A DNA stretch of 20,000 bases, from contig NW_005201403.1 of assembly GCF_000372725.1 (NCBI RefSeq), positions 240,259-260,258 on the forward strand, given 5' to 3'. The stretch is from Emiliania huxleyi CCMP1516 (taxonomy: Eukaryota). Positions within the stretch are counted from its first letter, which is position 1, and every line of letters starts with the position of its first letter. Made by a program: the position numbers and the translations under genes. Positions 18,833-20,000 of this stretch are shown here, piece after piece. The notes beneath the pieces were generated by a model. The model did not search any database and had not been told where the DNA came from. It saw only the letters and a list, made by a program, of their open reading frames with translations.

Positions 18833-18946
18833 CTTAAAAGGGTGGGCCCTGGGGCGCCTGCGGCTTAAACGGCTTAAAACTTGCCATGGCAAGTTTTAAG
18901 AGCTGCTGGGCCGCCAATTCCTTAAACGGTCTTAAACGCTTAAACG
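18833..18946. repeat. Cluster of CTTAAA motifs with a perfect 28-bp palindrome (18873-18900)
   Basis: CTTAAA at 18833, 18864, 18873, 18921, 18931 and 18939; palindrome cttaaaacttgcca|tggcaagttttaag. Confidence 0.85.
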
Positions 18947-19479
18947 GTGCGGGAGAGCTCCCGAGGTCGATGGTCCGGGAGGCTCCCGGTAGACGCCGGA
19001 GGCCGGGAAGCTGGCTACAGTCAGCTAGCACGCGTCCCCTATGCGCGTATGGCTCCTGCCAGTGCACCAGACTTACAGATGTGTCTTCAGAGGCGGGTTT
19101 GTGCCTAATAACGGCAGTATCTCGACTTTTTCCTTGGCGGCAACGCGATGGCGGCAAGGCCTCTCTGCGCGCCCGCCCTCGCCACGCCGAAGACCAACCG
19201 ACGTCGGACCGCGGTGAGACCACGCCGCCCCCCGCGCCCGCCCGCGCCCGCAGCGTGAACACATACGCGCGTCCCTCACCGCACGGAAACATACGCGCCA
19301 GCCGCGCAGCAGCCTCACATGCAGCGCCGACCGCATGCTCGCGCCCTGGGCCGCCGACGACCCGGTCGGGCGGGCTGCGCGGCCGCCGTACACCATCAGG
19401 CAGGCGCGCGACCACTCGCAGCGCGCCGCAGCCCACCGCGCAGCCCTGCCAGCCAAGCCTGCGCCTCAAAGCTGCACAA

Positions 19480-19700
19480 ACAGGCGCACAACAGAGCACA
19501 GCGCACAGCACACGCCGGCGCGCGCGCAGCACACGCAGACTCACGCGCGATTCCAACACGCACACGCGCACAGCACGCGCGCATCGCACGCCAGCGCAGC
19601 GCCGCACACAGAGCACACTTGCCCACCAGCAGCAGCAGGCCTGCCACAATCCACATCTCACACACGCGCGCGCACACTCCCCACGCCGGCGCACGCATCG
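19480..19700. repeat. CA/GC-rich low-complexity tract (gcacacgc-like)
   Basis: Repeated gcaca/cacgc/gcgca words; ORFs across it are low complexity. Confidence 0.55.
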
Positions 19701-19818
19701 GGCGTCGCCGAGAGCAACTGAAGCAACCTTAAGCTGACTCCTGACCCCTCCAAGCCAACCCGTAAGCAGGCAGCATAAACAGCCACACAATGAGGCATCC
19801 TGCTGCAAAAAGGGGCAC

Positions 19819-19992
19819 CTCGCTGCCTCCCGCTGCATCTCGTGGCATCTCGCGGCATCTCGCTGCCTCCCGCTGCATCTCGTGGCATCTCGCGGCATCT
19901 CGCGGCATCTCGCGGCATCTCACGGCATCTCGCGGCATCTCGCCTAACCGCGCCTAACCTCGCCAAATCTCGCCTAACCTCGCCTAACCTCC
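19819..19992. repeat. 10-bp minisatellite array (GCATCTCGCG, then CGCCTAACCT) with a 40-bp higher-order duplication
   Basis: cgtggcatct cgcggcatct repeated, followed by cgcctaacct repeats; the 40-mer ctcgctgcctcccgctgcatctcgtggcatctcgcggcat occurs at 19819 and 19859. Confidence 0.9.
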
Positions 19993-20000
19993 TCTGATCG

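Noticed and set aside
18834..19966. ORFs of 283-354 aa over the CA-rich tract and minisatellite
   Set aside because: Translations of low-complexity repeats (RCREMPRDAA, CVR) rather than plausible proteins.

Overview
GC-rich eukaryotic genomic DNA. The GC-AG introns, ~10-bp intronic minisatellites and degenerate TTAGGG fillers strongly suggest a haptophyte such as Emiliania/Gephyrocapsa huxleyi (inferred, not verified). The window holds the 5' part of a dipeptidyl-peptidase IV (S9B)-like gene, an intronless low-GC FkbM-type methyltransferase island, a SET/SMYD-like gene, a WWE-domain protein, a multi-pass membrane protein, a fragmented Pro-rich / Cu-only-SOD-like / Cys-rich locus, an 8-exon triose-phosphate-translocator-family transporter, an Ala-rich membrane protein and several repeats. 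The main observation concerns the 15 introns I could reconstruct by hand. Most begin with a copy (exact to degenerate, up to ~26 nt) of the start of the downstream exon, followed by a simple-repeat filler ending in AG. Ten of the 15 are 65-72 nt long, and the donors are GC, GT or GA. This looks like intron gain by target-site duplication plus repeat filling. The second highlight is a SOD domain that keeps all Cu ligands but has lost the Zn site and electrostatic loop. All gene models are manual and lack transcript support.
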